Source: an uncultured Pseudomonadota bacterium (GTDB taxonomy: Bacteria; Oederibacteriota; Muellerivitia; Muellerivitales; Muellerivitaceae). From it: a stretch of 64,000 bases of DNA. The stretch is from NCBI GenBank assembly GCA_963770835.1, contig CAVYRH010000004.1:1-64000 (forward strand). Direction: 5' to 3'. The translations under genes were made by a program, and so were the position numbers. This document shows positions 30,388 to 39,754 of the stretch, piece by piece (the first letter of the stretch is position 1; each line of letters opens with the position of its first letter). The notes beneath the pieces are model-generated. The model worked only from the letters and a program-made list of their open reading frames with translations. It had not been told where the DNA came from and searched no databases.

Positions 30388-31266
30388 ATGCGAATTTTCG
30401 TCACAGGTGCCACGGGGTTTATCGGCTCGGCCACGGTTCAGGAACTCATCCGCGCAGGCCATCAGGTGACCGGCCTGGCCCGCTCGGAGGCGGCCGCCAA
30501 GTCGCTGGCCGCCGCGGGGGCCCAGGCGCACCGGGGTTCCCTGGAGGATTTGGAAAGTTTGAAGAGCGGGGCCGCCGCCTCGGACGGGGTGATCCACCTG
30601 GGTTTCATCCATGACTTCTCGAAATTCAAGGAGAACTGCGAGATCGACAAGCGCGCGATCGAGGCCATGGGCTCGGTCCTGACCGGTACCAAGAAACCCT
30701 TCGTCATCACCTCGGGCACGGCGCTCGTTTCGCCGGGCCGCCTGGCGACCGAGGACACCGATCCACCGGCCAATTCCAACTTCCCCCGGGTTTCGGAAAT
30801 TGTGGCTGCCGAATTGGCGGCGAAGGGAATCAACGCCCGGGTGGTGCGCCTTTCCCCCTCGGTCCATGGCGACGGCGACCACGGATTCGTTCCAATTCTC
30901 ATCAACATGGCGCGGGAGAAGGGTGTTTCGGCCTATATCGGCGGGGGGCAAAACCGCTGGACCGCCGTGCACCGGCTGGACGCGGGCGTTTTGTTTCGGC
31001 TGGCCATCGAGAAGGGCGCCACAAGAGCCCGTTATCACGGGGTGGCGGAAGAGGGAATCGCGTTCAAGGATATCGCAACGGCCATCGGCAAAGGCCTGAA
31101 CCTTCCGGTGGAATCCAAACCGGCGGATCATTTTGGATGGTTCGCGCACTTCGCCGGAATCGACTGCCCGGCCTCCAGCAAGCTCACCCAGGAACAACTC
31201 GGTTGGCGACCGACGCACACAACCCTCCTGGCGGACCTCGAAAAAGGGAGCTATTTCAAAACCTGA
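30388..31266 (+). CDS. Atypical SDR / NAD-dependent epimerase family oxidoreductase
   Basis: MRIFVTGATGFIG, VIHLGFIHDF and AVHRLDA motifs. Confidence 0.88.
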   Translation: MRIFVTGATGFIGSATVQELIRAGHQVTGLARSEAAAKSLAAAGAQAHRGSLEDLESLKSGAAASDGVIHLGFIHDFSKFKENCEIDKRAIEAMGSVLTGTKKPFVITSGTALVSPGRLATEDTDPPANSNFPRVSEIVAAELAAKGINARVVRLSPSVHGDGDHGFVPILINMAREKGVSAYIGGGQNRWTAVHRLDAGVLFRLAIEKGATRARYHGVAEEGIAFKDIATAIGKGLNLPVESKPADHFGWFAHFAGIDCPASSKLTQEQLGWRPTHTTLLADLEKGSYFKT

Positions 31267-31282
31267 AAGGAAACCCTATCCC

Positions 31283-32659
31283 TCAAGGTCTCCTGGCCGA
31301 GGCCATGTTGCCCGCGGGAGCGGTGTTGATGGTCTTCGCCTGATCGGAAACGGCCTGGCGCTGCTGAAGCAGGATGGAAGCCGCCGAGAGGTTTCCTTTG
31401 AGCAGGGGCACTGGCCAAAGCCCGCCGATAAGAAGAAAGGCCACCAGCCCCATCATGGCCAGCCGCTCCCGGGGCCGTAACTGTTCCTGCCAGGGGCTGG
31501 TGAAAGTCCCGCAGAAAAGGGCGCCATAGGCCCTCAGGATGGTGATGCCGTTCAAGGCCGCCGCCACGCCCACGAGAAATCCAAAGCCCGGGAAAGCCTC
31601 CACCGAGCCGTCCACCAAGAGTTCCTGGGCCACGAAGCCCAGGGTTCCCGGAATCCCCACGCAAGCCAAACCTAAAACCAGGAATCCCACGGCTAAAAGC
31701 GGCATGCGCTCATAACCCCCGTGGAACACATCCAAGGAAAGCAGGCCCCTGCGCGCCTCCAAGGCCCGCAAGGCCAGACCGAAGCCCGTAAGGGAAAGGA
31801 TGCTGGAGATCCAAAGGGTCAGTCCCCCCGCCAAGCCCCCCAGGTTGTTACAAGTGATTCCCGCCAGGACCACCGCCGACTGGCTCATGAAGAAATAGCC
31901 GAACATCCGCCGCACGTCCTTTTGCACCAACCCCAGGGCGGCCGCGTAAACCGAGGTCAAGAGCGCCAGGATGCCCATGATTTGAAGGGTTGCCGGCGGC
32001 ACCGAGGGCAGGATGAGCCGCGCCGCGCAATAGGTGCCCACCTGGGGAATGACGAAAAGCAGGGCGGTGCCGAACCGGGCGGTCTGGAAGAAGGAGGGCA
32101 TCCAGGTATGCAGCGGCAGGATGCCCTTTCGGATGAGAACGGCGGCCACCAAGGGCAAGCAGGCCCATTGGGAGGGCCCGGCGGCCACCCCCAGCGTGAA
32201 AAGCAATACCGAAGCCGCCATGTAAAAAGCGAAGAGGCGGGACCTTGCCTCGAACCAGGGCAAAACCGGGCCCGCCGCGAAAAGAAAAGCCAGGAACCAC
32301 GGGTTCACGGTCGAGAAGGTCAAGAAGAGGATGGCTTCGGAGGCGAGGAACTTAGCCGACAGTTCGGGCGTACGGTGGGACTTGGGCATGGTGAAAAGCA
32401 CCGCCGCCGTCGTGACCGCGCAGCAAAAGACCAGCGGTGCGCCCAACTCGTCAAGGGTGAGGAGGGGGAACCAGGGGTCCACGACGGCCTTGTGGGATCC
32501 CAGCTCGATCCAGGAGGCCGCCGCCATCATCAGCCCCAGGAGGGTGGCGCCGATGCCGATTTCGTGGGAAGCCTCCCGCCAAAGGAAAACCGCGCCGATG
32601 CCAAGCACCGGGGAAAGAAAGAGCAAGGTGAGCCAGGGAAAATGGAGCGTGGAAATCAT
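31283..32659 (-). CDS. Proton-conducting transporter membrane subunit (NuoM/Mrp-like), third gene of the DAB operon
   Basis: IRKGILPLHTWMP, YAAALGLVQKDVRR and GIPGTLGFVAQELL motifs; very hydrophobic. Confidence 0.75.
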   Translation of the reverse strand: MISTLHFPWLTLLFLSPVLGIGAVFLWREASHEIGIGATLLGLMMAAASWIELGSHKAVVDPWFPLLTLDELGAPLVFCCAVTTAAVLFTMPKSHRTPELSAKFLASEAILFLTFSTVNPWFLAFLFAAGPVLPWFEARSRLFAFYMAASVLLFTLGVAAGPSQWACLPLVAAVLIRKGILPLHTWMPSFFQTARFGTALLFVIPQVGTYCAARLILPSVPPATLQIMGILALLTSVYAAALGLVQKDVRRMFGYFFMSQSAVVLAGITCNNLGGLAGGLTLWISSILSLTGFGLALRALEARRGLLSLDVFHGGYERMPLLAVGFLVLGLACVGIPGTLGFVAQELLVDGSVEAFPGFGFLVGVAAALNGITILRAYGALFCGTFTSPWQEQLRPRERLAMMGLVAFLLIGGLWPVPLLKGNLSAASILLQQRQAVSDQAKTINTAPAGNMASARRP

Positions 32660-32688
32660 CGCGAAGCCTCTTTACTGCTATCGCTGTG

Positions 32689-32785
32689 CCCCCCCTTTGA
32701 AAAAGGGGGGAAGGAGGGTATTAGATTTTTAAAAATGACAAGCGAAAGGCTAACTCCCCCTCTATCCCCCTCTTTCAGAGGGGGA
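32689..32785. repeat. Paired CCCCCTTT...AGGGGG palindromic repeat
   Basis: Two opposed hairpins, CCCCCCTTTGAAAAAGGGGGG and CCCCCTCTTTCAGAGGGGG, in an intra-operon gap. Confidence 0.65.
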
Positions 32786-32813
32786 AAAACCATCCGGTCA
32801 AAATTGCTTCTAG

Positions 32814-34088
32814 TCATTTCTCCCGCCCTTCGAAACGGCCCACCCACCAGAGCTCCAACCGGTCAAGGAAAGTTGCGGCAGCCAAAAAGGGCCGCGCCAC
32901 CCAGTCACGAAGCACGGCCTCCAGGTAGCCCCGCTCTAGGGCCGCCCTGTAAAGCCGGAACCTAAGGCGCAAGGGAAGAATTTTTTCGTAGTGAAGGCCC
33001 GTGCGGGGCAGGTGGCTGCCCACCGCGTTTTCGATGTGGTGCATGTCGTGCAGCAGCGAGGGCGCCCGGAGGAACTGGAGGGTCCTTAAACAAGCATGGC
33101 CCAAGAGGTGGATGAGCGGTATGAGCCGAAGCCCCAGGCCGATCTCCGCCACGATGACGCCCACCTGGGTCAAGGAGGCGAAGGCCAGGGCGCATTTGAT
33201 GTCCGTCTGGGCCCGGCCCACGAAGGTGCCGTGGAGGGCGGTGGCGACGCCCAAGGCGACGACGAGCCAGGCCACGGCCGGGTTGGCGTCCAGGAGCGGG
33301 GCCGCCCGCAAGAGAAGGAAGGCCCCCAAGTGCACCGAAAGGGCCCCGTAAAAAATGGCGCTGGAAGGCGTAGGGCCCTCCATGGCGCGCGGCAGCCAGT
33401 TGGAAAAGGGAACCAAGGCCGATTTTCCCATGGCGGCCAAAAGGATCAGCAGGGCCAGGCTCCAATGTCCCGAGTTAAAGACGATATCGAAAGCGCCGGT
33501 CCCGGTCCAATGGTGGGCCAGGCAGGCCGCGAAAATCAGCCCCAGGTCCCCGATGCGGTAGATGGTCCAGACCCGCAGGGCGTTGCGTACCGGCTCCGGC
33601 CTTTCGTGGAAGAAGGCGATCAAGAGCGCCGAGGAAAGGCCCAACAGTTCCCAAGCCGCCAGGAGCGTTTCCATGGAGCCCGCCAGGGCCGCGAATTCCA
33701 TGCCCACGGTGAAGAGTGAGAAAAGCACGAAGAAGCGGTTATAGCCGGCCTCCTTGTGCAGGTAGCGGTGGGCGAAGATGCCGGTGACCCCGCATAAAAG
33801 CAGGATCAGCACCAGGAAGGGCAGGGAGAGCCAATCCAAGATCAGCCGGAACTCGAAGGTTTGGCCCGCGATCACGCCGAAGGGGGAAAAGGCCAGTTCG
33901 GTGTGGGAAGGACAAAACAAGATAAGCCCCAAGGACGCGGCGAAGGCGGGGACGAGGGTGAAGGGAACCAGGTAGCCGGTGGCCCGCTCGGAAAGGGGCC
34001 GGTCCACCAGGGAAAAAAGCGAAAGCAAAAAGAAGAGCAGGGTAGGAAGCCCCAGGGTGATCAGAAGAAGGAGGTTCATGACATTCAT
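32814..34088 (-). CDS. dabB: DabB/MpsA-like NuoL-family membrane subunit of an inorganic carbon transporter
   Basis: RYLHKEAGYNRFF, YRIGDLG, KSALVPFSNWLPRAMEGPTPSSA and TDIKCALAFASLTQVG motifs; adjacent to the DUF2309 gene. Confidence 0.8.
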   Translation of the reverse strand: MNVMNLLLLITLGLPTLLFFLLSLFSLVDRPLSERATGYLVPFTLVPAFAASLGLILFCPSHTELAFSPFGVIAGQTFEFRLILDWLSLPFLVLILLLCGVTGIFAHRYLHKEAGYNRFFVLFSLFTVGMEFAALAGSMETLLAAWELLGLSSALLIAFFHERPEPVRNALRVWTIYRIGDLGLIFAACLAHHWTGTGAFDIVFNSGHWSLALLILLAAMGKSALVPFSNWLPRAMEGPTPSSAIFYGALSVHLGAFLLLRAAPLLDANPAVAWLVVALGVATALHGTFVGRAQTDIKCALAFASLTQVGVIVAEIGLGLRLIPLIHLLGHACLRTLQFLRAPSLLHDMHHIENAVGSHLPRTGLHYEKILPLRLRFRLYRAALERGYLEAVLRDWVARPFLAAATFLDRLELWWVGRFEGREK

Positions 34089-34140
34089 CGGCTTGACCTG
34101 AGGTAAGAAGAATTAAAAAGGGTTTCAGAAAATTCAACTT

Positions 34141-34240
34141 CACCCTCACCCCATCCCTCTCCCCTCAAGGGAGAGGGAGTAAAATCCGCATAAAACCTAT
34201 TTCCCCTCGCCCCTTGGGGGAGAGGGTTAGGGTGAGGGGT
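34141..34240. repeat. CCCTCACCC/CCCTCTCCC...GGGAGAGGG palindromic repeat
   Basis: Inverted pair CCCTCACCCCATCCCTCTCCC...GGGAGAGGG and CCCCTCGCCCC...GGGAGAGGGTTAGGGTGAGGG. Confidence 0.75.
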
Positions 34241-34266
34241 GTTGTCGAAGATAATTTTTGAGAAGT

Positions 34267-37266
34267 TCATGGCATGATCCTCGCGTAATCCAGGTGACCG
34301 CTTTTGCCCTGGTACCACTCCAAGGAAGAAGAGACCTGGGGCAGGCTGGGGTTTTCCGGCTGGTAGGGTTCGAAACGGCCTTCGTGAAAAACGAGGATTT
34401 CATTTTTTGCGGGGTCCCACACGGCCAATTGGATCCAACGGTTCTTGACAAGGCGCTCCACTGCCGGCAGGCGGGAAAGGGCGCCCTTAAGCCGCTCCAA
34501 GGGGGATTCCACCACCAAAAGCAGCCTCACCGGTTCGTGGATCTCCACCATCTGCCAGGGAAGACCGGTCCTCAGGTCGCTGGCATGGCCATCCATGACC
34601 CCCAGCATGCCGGTGATGTTGTGGGGAAGTTTGGTGCCGCAGCCGTAGCCGCCGCGGTCGGTGAAGGAAAAGTAATATTCCAGGTTGATCCCGCCGCAGA
34701 CCGGCCCCACGGCCTGGAGCACCCGGGTGAGCAGGTCGCCGTCCGGGTCGGATGGGGGGGCGTAGGAGGCGAGGAAGGCCCGCCGGTCCATGAAAAGGCC
34801 CCGGGTGCAGGCCCGCCTTCCCACCACCGCCACCGCGTTGGTGGCGTGGCCGTATTCGGGCCTCACCTGCGCCAGGTCCTCGGTGCGGTCCGCCATGGCC
34901 CTCAAAGCCCCCAGGGGGGTGATGTCGGGCGGAACGTTGTCGAAACGGCGGCTGCGCTCCTGGGCGCCCAGGGCGGCTGCGCGGCCCAAGGCCACCTGGG
35001 CCCGGCGAAGATCCGCCGCGTGGGAGGGGGGGAGGCGGTCCAGGTCGTAATAGTCCATGAGGTCGTTGCAGGTGTTGTGATAAGCGGCCACGAAGACGGT
35101 GGCCTCGGGGATTCCCAGATGCCGCCTCACCTCCGGGTCATTGGCCATCAGCGCGAAGACCCGGGCGTTGGGGCCGCCCCGGCCCCCGCCGCAGGCGCCG
35201 CAATCATGCGCCGATTCATGCGGGTTGTTCAGGCTGGAGGAGCCGTGCCCGACGATGACCACCAACCGGGAAAGATTTTTCAATAATCCCGTCTCTTCCA
35301 GGATTTTTCCGACCACCTGTGCGGCCTCCCCGGTGGTGTAGTTCCATTCCAACCGGGTTTTGGCGGAGGCGGTTTCAAAACTGGAACGGAGTTTCGCCGC
35401 GTGCCGCGGGAAGGCGACGCGCAATATCAGGGGGAGGGCGGCCAGGGTGCCGAAGAGGCCGCTCAAGAGGGTCCCCCGCACTCCCGTGCGGCTTCCCACG
35501 TGGAAAGCGTAGGCCGTATGGCCCCAGGCCTTGCGCAGCGAGCGGGACTCCTCCTCCAACGGCTTTTCTTTCACCCAATGGGTGGGTTTGACCAGGATGG
35601 GGCAAAGGGGGACCGAGTGGGCGTCCTCCGCGCCCTGGTAATACATGGCCAGGCCGAAATATCCCGCCGTCCCGAAGGTTTCGCAGGAAGGCTCGGTTTC
35701 CTCCAGGTGCCGCCGGAAGGATTCCTCGCGCTCGTCCAAACAACACAAGGCTTGAAATCGAGGGGAACCGGCTTGGGGACCCATTTCACCCTCTCCCTCG
35801 AGCTTTGGTTTTGAGGGTACACAGGGGGCTTTCCCTGTGAGCGCTTCTGGGGAGATGGGTCGGGGTGAGGGTGATTTTTCCTGAGTCGCCACCCTCACCC
35901 TTTCCCTCTCCCCAAAGGCGTTCATAGGGGAAATGCCCCCTATGCTACCCCTCAAAACCACATCCAAGGGGCGAGGGGAATTGTTAAATTTGAGTTGGTT
36001 ATTGAAATCTGTGGATTGCGTGGATCTTTCCCCGGTTTGAGCTAAAAGGGCGTCCAGGGTCTTGATGCGGTAGCGCCGTTCGTAGGCCAGGTGAAAAAGA
36101 CGGCGCCGTTCCAAGGAAGGGAATGACTCGATTTCTTTTAATAGTTTGTCCGGGGAATTGTTCCGGACCCTTTCCCCCGGCCAGCCCAAAACCTGGGCCG
36201 CCTGGTAGAGGCTATAAGCGCGCATGGCGACGGTCCTGGGGGATTCGGGGGGGGACATCTTTCTTAAATCCGGAAGCGGGAGATGGGCGCGGCCCGTGAC
36301 ATAAGCAACGGCTTGTTCTTCCAGCAGGAGCCGGACGGCGGCGAATTCCAACAGCGACCCCGGCGGGGAGGGGATGAAGGCGCGGTCCGGACGCTCCTCG
36401 ATCTGGCGCAGGAGGCCCGGCCAGCCCCGCAAAGCCAGCATCATTTCCTCGATATAGGCCTCCCATTCCCCGGGGGGGATTTGGAGGTTCCGGAGCGATT
36501 GAACGATGGAAGCGGCGGCGTTTCTTCGCCCCTTGAACCTGGCGCCGAAGCCCTTGAGCCAGGCGTCCGGCAAGGGGGCGTAGCGGTAGGTTTGCGTGAA
36601 GGAGCCCAGGAAGCCCAGGCTGCGGCTGGGCAGGCGCCAATAGGCGATGCCCTGGTCGCAAAAGGCCGCGCAAAAGCGGATGAGAAGCGGATGAAGCAGG
36701 GCGTCCACGTCCTCGCCCGTGAGCTCGAGGAGTTGGTCCCGGTACCGGGCCTTCCGGGGGAGGGGCAAGTGAACCGGCCCCAGGGGCTCGACGGCCGCCC
36801 GGCAGGCCTCCCACAGGTTCCGGTCCATGGGCTTATCGGATTCGTTCAGGTGCCAATCCAATTCCTTGTCGTCGGGCTCGTGAAGGCCCACCGCCATCAA
36901 GGCCAGCCTCAGTTCCAAGCGGGTGGTCGCGTCTGCGATGGCTTCATTGCTATGAACGCCCAGGTCCTCGGAAAGGACGGCGCGCAGGTCGCCGGTGAGG
37001 ATGCGGCCTTGAAGCCATTCCTTCCGGTAGTCCTCCTCGTCCAGGTAGGGCCTGCAGCCGAAGAGATACCCTGCCTTCACCACGGCCTCCTCGAAGGGGA
37101 GGTGCTCGAAAGCGTGGAGGGTGTTGTGATGGACGAAAACGCGGATAGGGCCCTGGGCCGGCAGGAGGTGGGCGGCATGTTCCACCATCCTCCGGACGTC
37201 CTCTTCGGGGCTTGGGAGCTGGCTTTCAGTCTTTTCCGGGTTCAAGGAAGATGAGGGGAGGGTCAT
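34267..37266 (-). CDS. dabA: DabA (DUF2309/UPF0753) carbonic-anhydrase-like subunit of an inorganic carbon transporter
   Basis: PAQGPIRVFVHHNTL, CLDEREESFRRHLE, GHGSSSLNNP, CGACGG, GINLEYYFS and HEPVRLL motifs; the Zn ligands C, D, H, C appear present. Confidence 0.9.
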   Translation of the reverse strand: MTLPSSSLNPEKTESQLPSPEEDVRRMVEHAAHLLPAQGPIRVFVHHNTLHAFEHLPFEEAVVKAGYLFGCRPYLDEEDYRKEWLQGRILTGDLRAVLSEDLGVHSNEAIADATTRLELRLALMAVGLHEPDDKELDWHLNESDKPMDRNLWEACRAAVEPLGPVHLPLPRKARYRDQLLELTGEDVDALLHPLLIRFCAAFCDQGIAYWRLPSRSLGFLGSFTQTYRYAPLPDAWLKGFGARFKGRRNAAASIVQSLRNLQIPPGEWEAYIEEMMLALRGWPGLLRQIEERPDRAFIPSPPGSLLEFAAVRLLLEEQAVAYVTGRAHLPLPDLRKMSPPESPRTVAMRAYSLYQAAQVLGWPGERVRNNSPDKLLKEIESFPSLERRRLFHLAYERRYRIKTLDALLAQTGERSTQSTDFNNQLKFNNSPRPLDVVLRGSIGGISPMNAFGERERVRVATQEKSPSPRPISPEALTGKAPCVPSKPKLEGEGEMGPQAGSPRFQALCCLDEREESFRRHLEETEPSCETFGTAGYFGLAMYYQGAEDAHSVPLCPILVKPTHWVKEKPLEEESRSLRKAWGHTAYAFHVGSRTGVRGTLLSGLFGTLAALPLILRVAFPRHAAKLRSSFETASAKTRLEWNYTTGEAAQVVGKILEETGLLKNLSRLVVIVGHGSSSLNNPHESAHDCGACGGGRGGPNARVFALMANDPEVRRHLGIPEATVFVAAYHNTCNDLMDYYDLDRLPPSHAADLRRAQVALGRAAALGAQERSRRFDNVPPDITPLGALRAMADRTEDLAQVRPEYGHATNAVAVVGRRACTRGLFMDRRAFLASYAPPSDPDGDLLTRVLQAVGPVCGGINLEYYFSFTDRGGYGCGTKLPHNITGMLGVMDGHASDLRTGLPWQMVEIHEPVRLLLVVESPLERLKGALSRLPAVERLVKNRWIQLAVWDPAKNEILVFHEGRFEPYQPENPSLPQVSSSLEWYQGKSGHLDYARIMP
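35789..35978. repeat. About 190-bp imperfect inverted repeat inserted in frame in dabA
   Basis: The left arm CCCTCTCCC...GGTTTTGAGGGT...GGGGAGATGGG...GGGTGAGGGTG matches the reverse complement of the right arm CACCCTCACCC...CTCTCCCC...CCCTCAAAACC...GGGCGAGGGG. Confidence 0.8.
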
Positions 37267-37279
37267 GGGCGGGCCGGCG

Positions 37280-37612
37280 TCATTCTTTTCCCAGGTGATC
37301 CAATACTTCCTGGCTTTCCTTCAGCTTTTTTTTTAGGAAAAGGGAGACGTGTTTCAAAACGTCGTAAATGCCCTTGTCCCGCACCGAATAAAACACAGTC
37401 ACCTTCTGCTGGCGGGAGTTCAGGATGCCCGCCTGCTTCAAGATGGACAGGTGTTTGGAAAGGCCGGACTGCTCCATTTCCAGGGCCTTGACCATCTCGT
37501 TGACGGATTTTTCTCCGTGCTTCAAGTGCTCGATGATCTTGAGCCGCCCCGGATGGGAAAGGGCCTTCAAGAAATCCGACTTGATTTTGAAAACGAACAA
37601 AGGGTCGATCAT
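37280..37612 (-). CDS. ArsR/SmtB family transcriptional regulator
   Basis: FLKALSHPGRLKII, SVNEM and QSGLSKHLSILKQAGIL motifs; alternative start at 37642. Confidence 0.88.
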   Translation of the reverse strand: MIDPLFVFKIKSDFLKALSHPGRLKIIEHLKHGEKSVNEMVKALEMEQSGLSKHLSILKQAGILNSRQQKVTVFYSVRDKGIYDVLKHVSLFLKKKLKESQEVLDHLGKE

Positions 37613-37618
37613 AGTTAA

Positions 37619-37642
37619 ATGAATATATTCCAATCTATTCAT
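37619..37642. promoter_or_regulatory. Putative ArsR operator
   Basis: ATGAATA-N10-TATTCAT inverted repeat directly upstream of arsR. Confidence 0.55.
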
Positions 37643-37770
37643 ATATACAATCGGGCAAATCTAAAAGATTAAGCGAAAAATTGAACCACATGCCACCCTT
37701 CCATCAAGAAGTTAAAGAGGGTGGTATAGTCCCACAGTTCCTTAACAACATTTTCAATAGGACATGTGGG

Positions 37771-38010
37771 ACAGAGTTCACGGAGTACACAGAGTAAGGC
37801 TTAAAGACTCACAAATAATGTTGTCCGAGACACTAATGAATTAAGGACACCCCTAAAAATCCCAAAAACGACCGTTGTGCGACTGTAGGGGCAGGCCTCC
37901 GCGCCTGCCCGGACTTTGTTTTCAGCGGTTTCCGTCAAGGGCGGCCACGGTGGGCCGCCCCTACAAGAATTTTTAGAGGCGCCCTTAACTCTGTGTCCTC
38001 TGTGGTTAAA
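37771..38010. repeat. Nested repeats: a GTAG-type REP pair (37884-37965) inside a CACAGAG/CTCTGTG inverted pair
   Basis: TGTAGGGGCAGGC...GCCTGCCC and GGGCGGCC...GGCCGCCCCTACA, flanked by CACGGAGTACACAGAG and CTCTGTGTCCTCTGTG. Confidence 0.7.
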
Positions 38011-38075
38011 AGAGGTTTTGTTGGAAGTTCTTATCCTTCGGTTAAGCCCCGCGGGATTTGACCCGCCCTCGGAGC

Positions 38076-38864
38076 CTATCCTTCCGTTAAGTCGTGGGAG
38101 GAGAGGTCGTAGGGCTTGGCCTGGATGTGGTGAAGGGTTCCCGCCCGCAGGGCCCTGCGTTTGACGAGCCAGTTGACCCCCCAGGTGTAAATCCGGCCGG
38201 GAATGGCCGGCTGGCGCATGAGCCGCACGGCTTTCTTGGGGACCGGAAGGCCACGGGAAAGGGCGGTGGCGGTTTTTTCCAGCGCCTTGACCGCGTGACG
38301 GGCGGCGAAGGAAGAGGAAGTCAGGGGCCTGCCCGCGGGCAGGGTCCCGCTGCCCCCCAGGGCCAATCCCCCCATCCATTGAAGTCCTTCCAATTCCGCG
38401 AAGCGCTTCAAAATGTCCAGCGCCGAATCGTTCTGGTGCGCCTCCGGAAACCGGGAATGGGCGATGGCTACCACGGCCTGCGGCGGGGGGGAGGGGCCGG
38501 GGCCAATTTGAGACTTCGTCTCTTGCCCCGGCACACCCACGACTTGCCCCTTGGCTTGTGGGCCTCGGGGCAGGGGCAGGCTTTTGCGGTGCCAGGCGTA
38601 ATCCTCCAGCACCTTCACCAGGCAGGCGGGGGGCTGGTCCAGGGTGAGGGGAAAAAGGAAAACCAGGATATCGGAGGCGTCCATCAGGCCGTGCAGGTTG
38701 GCGATGGAGGGCGCTGATTGCTTGGGGAAGGAAACATAAGCCAGGGGGGCCGCCACCGACCGCTTGGAAAGCTCCTGGGAAAGGCAGATTCCCAGCGAAT
38801 GGCTGACGCTCTTGTGGGCCTGGGGGCTGGCCACGAGGATGAGGGCCTGGCGCGGGGGAGTCAC
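38076..38864 (-). CDS. Flavodoxin-like / NADPH-dependent FMN reductase-like protein
   Basis: ALILVASP, SDILVFLFPL and WMGGLALGG motifs; the GTG start overlaps the upstream stop (GTGA). Confidence 0.6.
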   Translation of the reverse strand: MTPPRQALILVASPQAHKSVSHSLGICLSQELSKRSVAAPLAYVSFPKQSAPSIANLHGLMDASDILVFLFPLTLDQPPACLVKVLEDYAWHRKSLPLPRGPQAKGQVVGVPGQETKSQIGPGPSPPPQAVVAIAHSRFPEAHQNDSALDILKRFAELEGLQWMGGLALGGSGTLPAGRPLTSSSFAARHAVKALEKTATALSRGLPVPKKAVRLMRQPAIPGRIYTWGVNWLVKRRALRAGTLHHIQAKPYDLSSHDLTEG

Positions 38865-39439
38865 GCGGGGACCGCCATTTTTTCGACCAGGTTCTTCACC
38901 CGTTGGTCGACCTGTTTCACCGTCATGTAATCGTAAACGAAGTCCGTGGCGAAATGGGAGCCGGAGAGGTGGAGCGTGTTGCGCCGCACCACGGTTTGGA
39001 AGATATCCTCGGTGGGAGGGTCCTCCTTGGGAAGGCCGCCTAAGGCCAGGATCTGGAACCGTTTCTCGTAGCGCGGCGGGTTGCGGACCTCGCCCCAGCG
39101 GGGGGTGAGGAAGGGGAGCAGGTGGGGGCGGGTGACCCGGTCCAGGGCGGTTTTCAAAAGGGAGCCATAGCCCCCGAAGCTCACGGGAGTCAGGAGGGCC
39201 ACCAGGTCGTGCTCCGCCAAGTGGCGGCTCAGGATGCGGGCGTCGTCGCGCACCCGGCAGAGCCCCGGCGTGTGGAGCCAGCAATGGGAGCATTCCTTGC
39301 ATCCGCTCAGGCGCAGGTTCCGCAAGGGAATGGAGAGAACTTCCCATCCGCGGTGTCCCAATTCCCTGGCCAGGAGCCCGTCGGCTTGTTCCAGGACATT
39401 GTGCCCCGTGTTGGCGCCGTTAAAGATCACCGCTTTCAT
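38861..39439 (-). CDS. Flavodoxin family (iron-sulfur flavoprotein-like) protein
   Basis: CKECSHCWLHTPGLC, DD and TPVSFGGYGSLLKTALDR motifs. Confidence 0.75.
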   Translation of the reverse strand: MKAVIFNGANTGHNVLEQADGLLARELGHRGWEVLSIPLRNLRLSGCKECSHCWLHTPGLCRVRDDARILSRHLAEHDLVALLTPVSFGGYGSLLKTALDRVTRPHLLPFLTPRWGEVRNPPRYEKRFQILALGGLPKEDPPTEDIFQTVVRRNTLHLSGSHFATDFVYDYMTVKQVDQRVKNLVEKMAVPA

Positions 39440-39660
39440 CAGCCACTTCCCCCTTTAACATTTAACCGGTTTCTATTCGAATTATGGGGGAGGAGGGAGG
39501 TGGAGATTATGACGACCGTCATAAGAAAAAGCCATGCGGCGAAATAAGAAAGTTAAAACTGATACCCGAAATTTGGATCTTGTTAAACAGACAGTTAAAT
39601 TTTTTTCGGAACTATGCACATGACATACAATTTAAAAACCGAGTGTTTCACAGTTGCCGT

Positions 39661-39754
39661 CCCCTTCTCCCTTGAGGGGAGAAGGATGGGATGAGGGTGG
39701 TTTTGAGGGTAAAAGGCACCCCTCACCCAGCCCTCTCCCCCAAGGGGAGAGGGG
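39661..39754. repeat. CCCTCTCCC...GGGAGAGGG palindromic repeat
   Basis: Same family as the copies at 34141 and 35789; two opposed hairpins. Confidence 0.75.
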
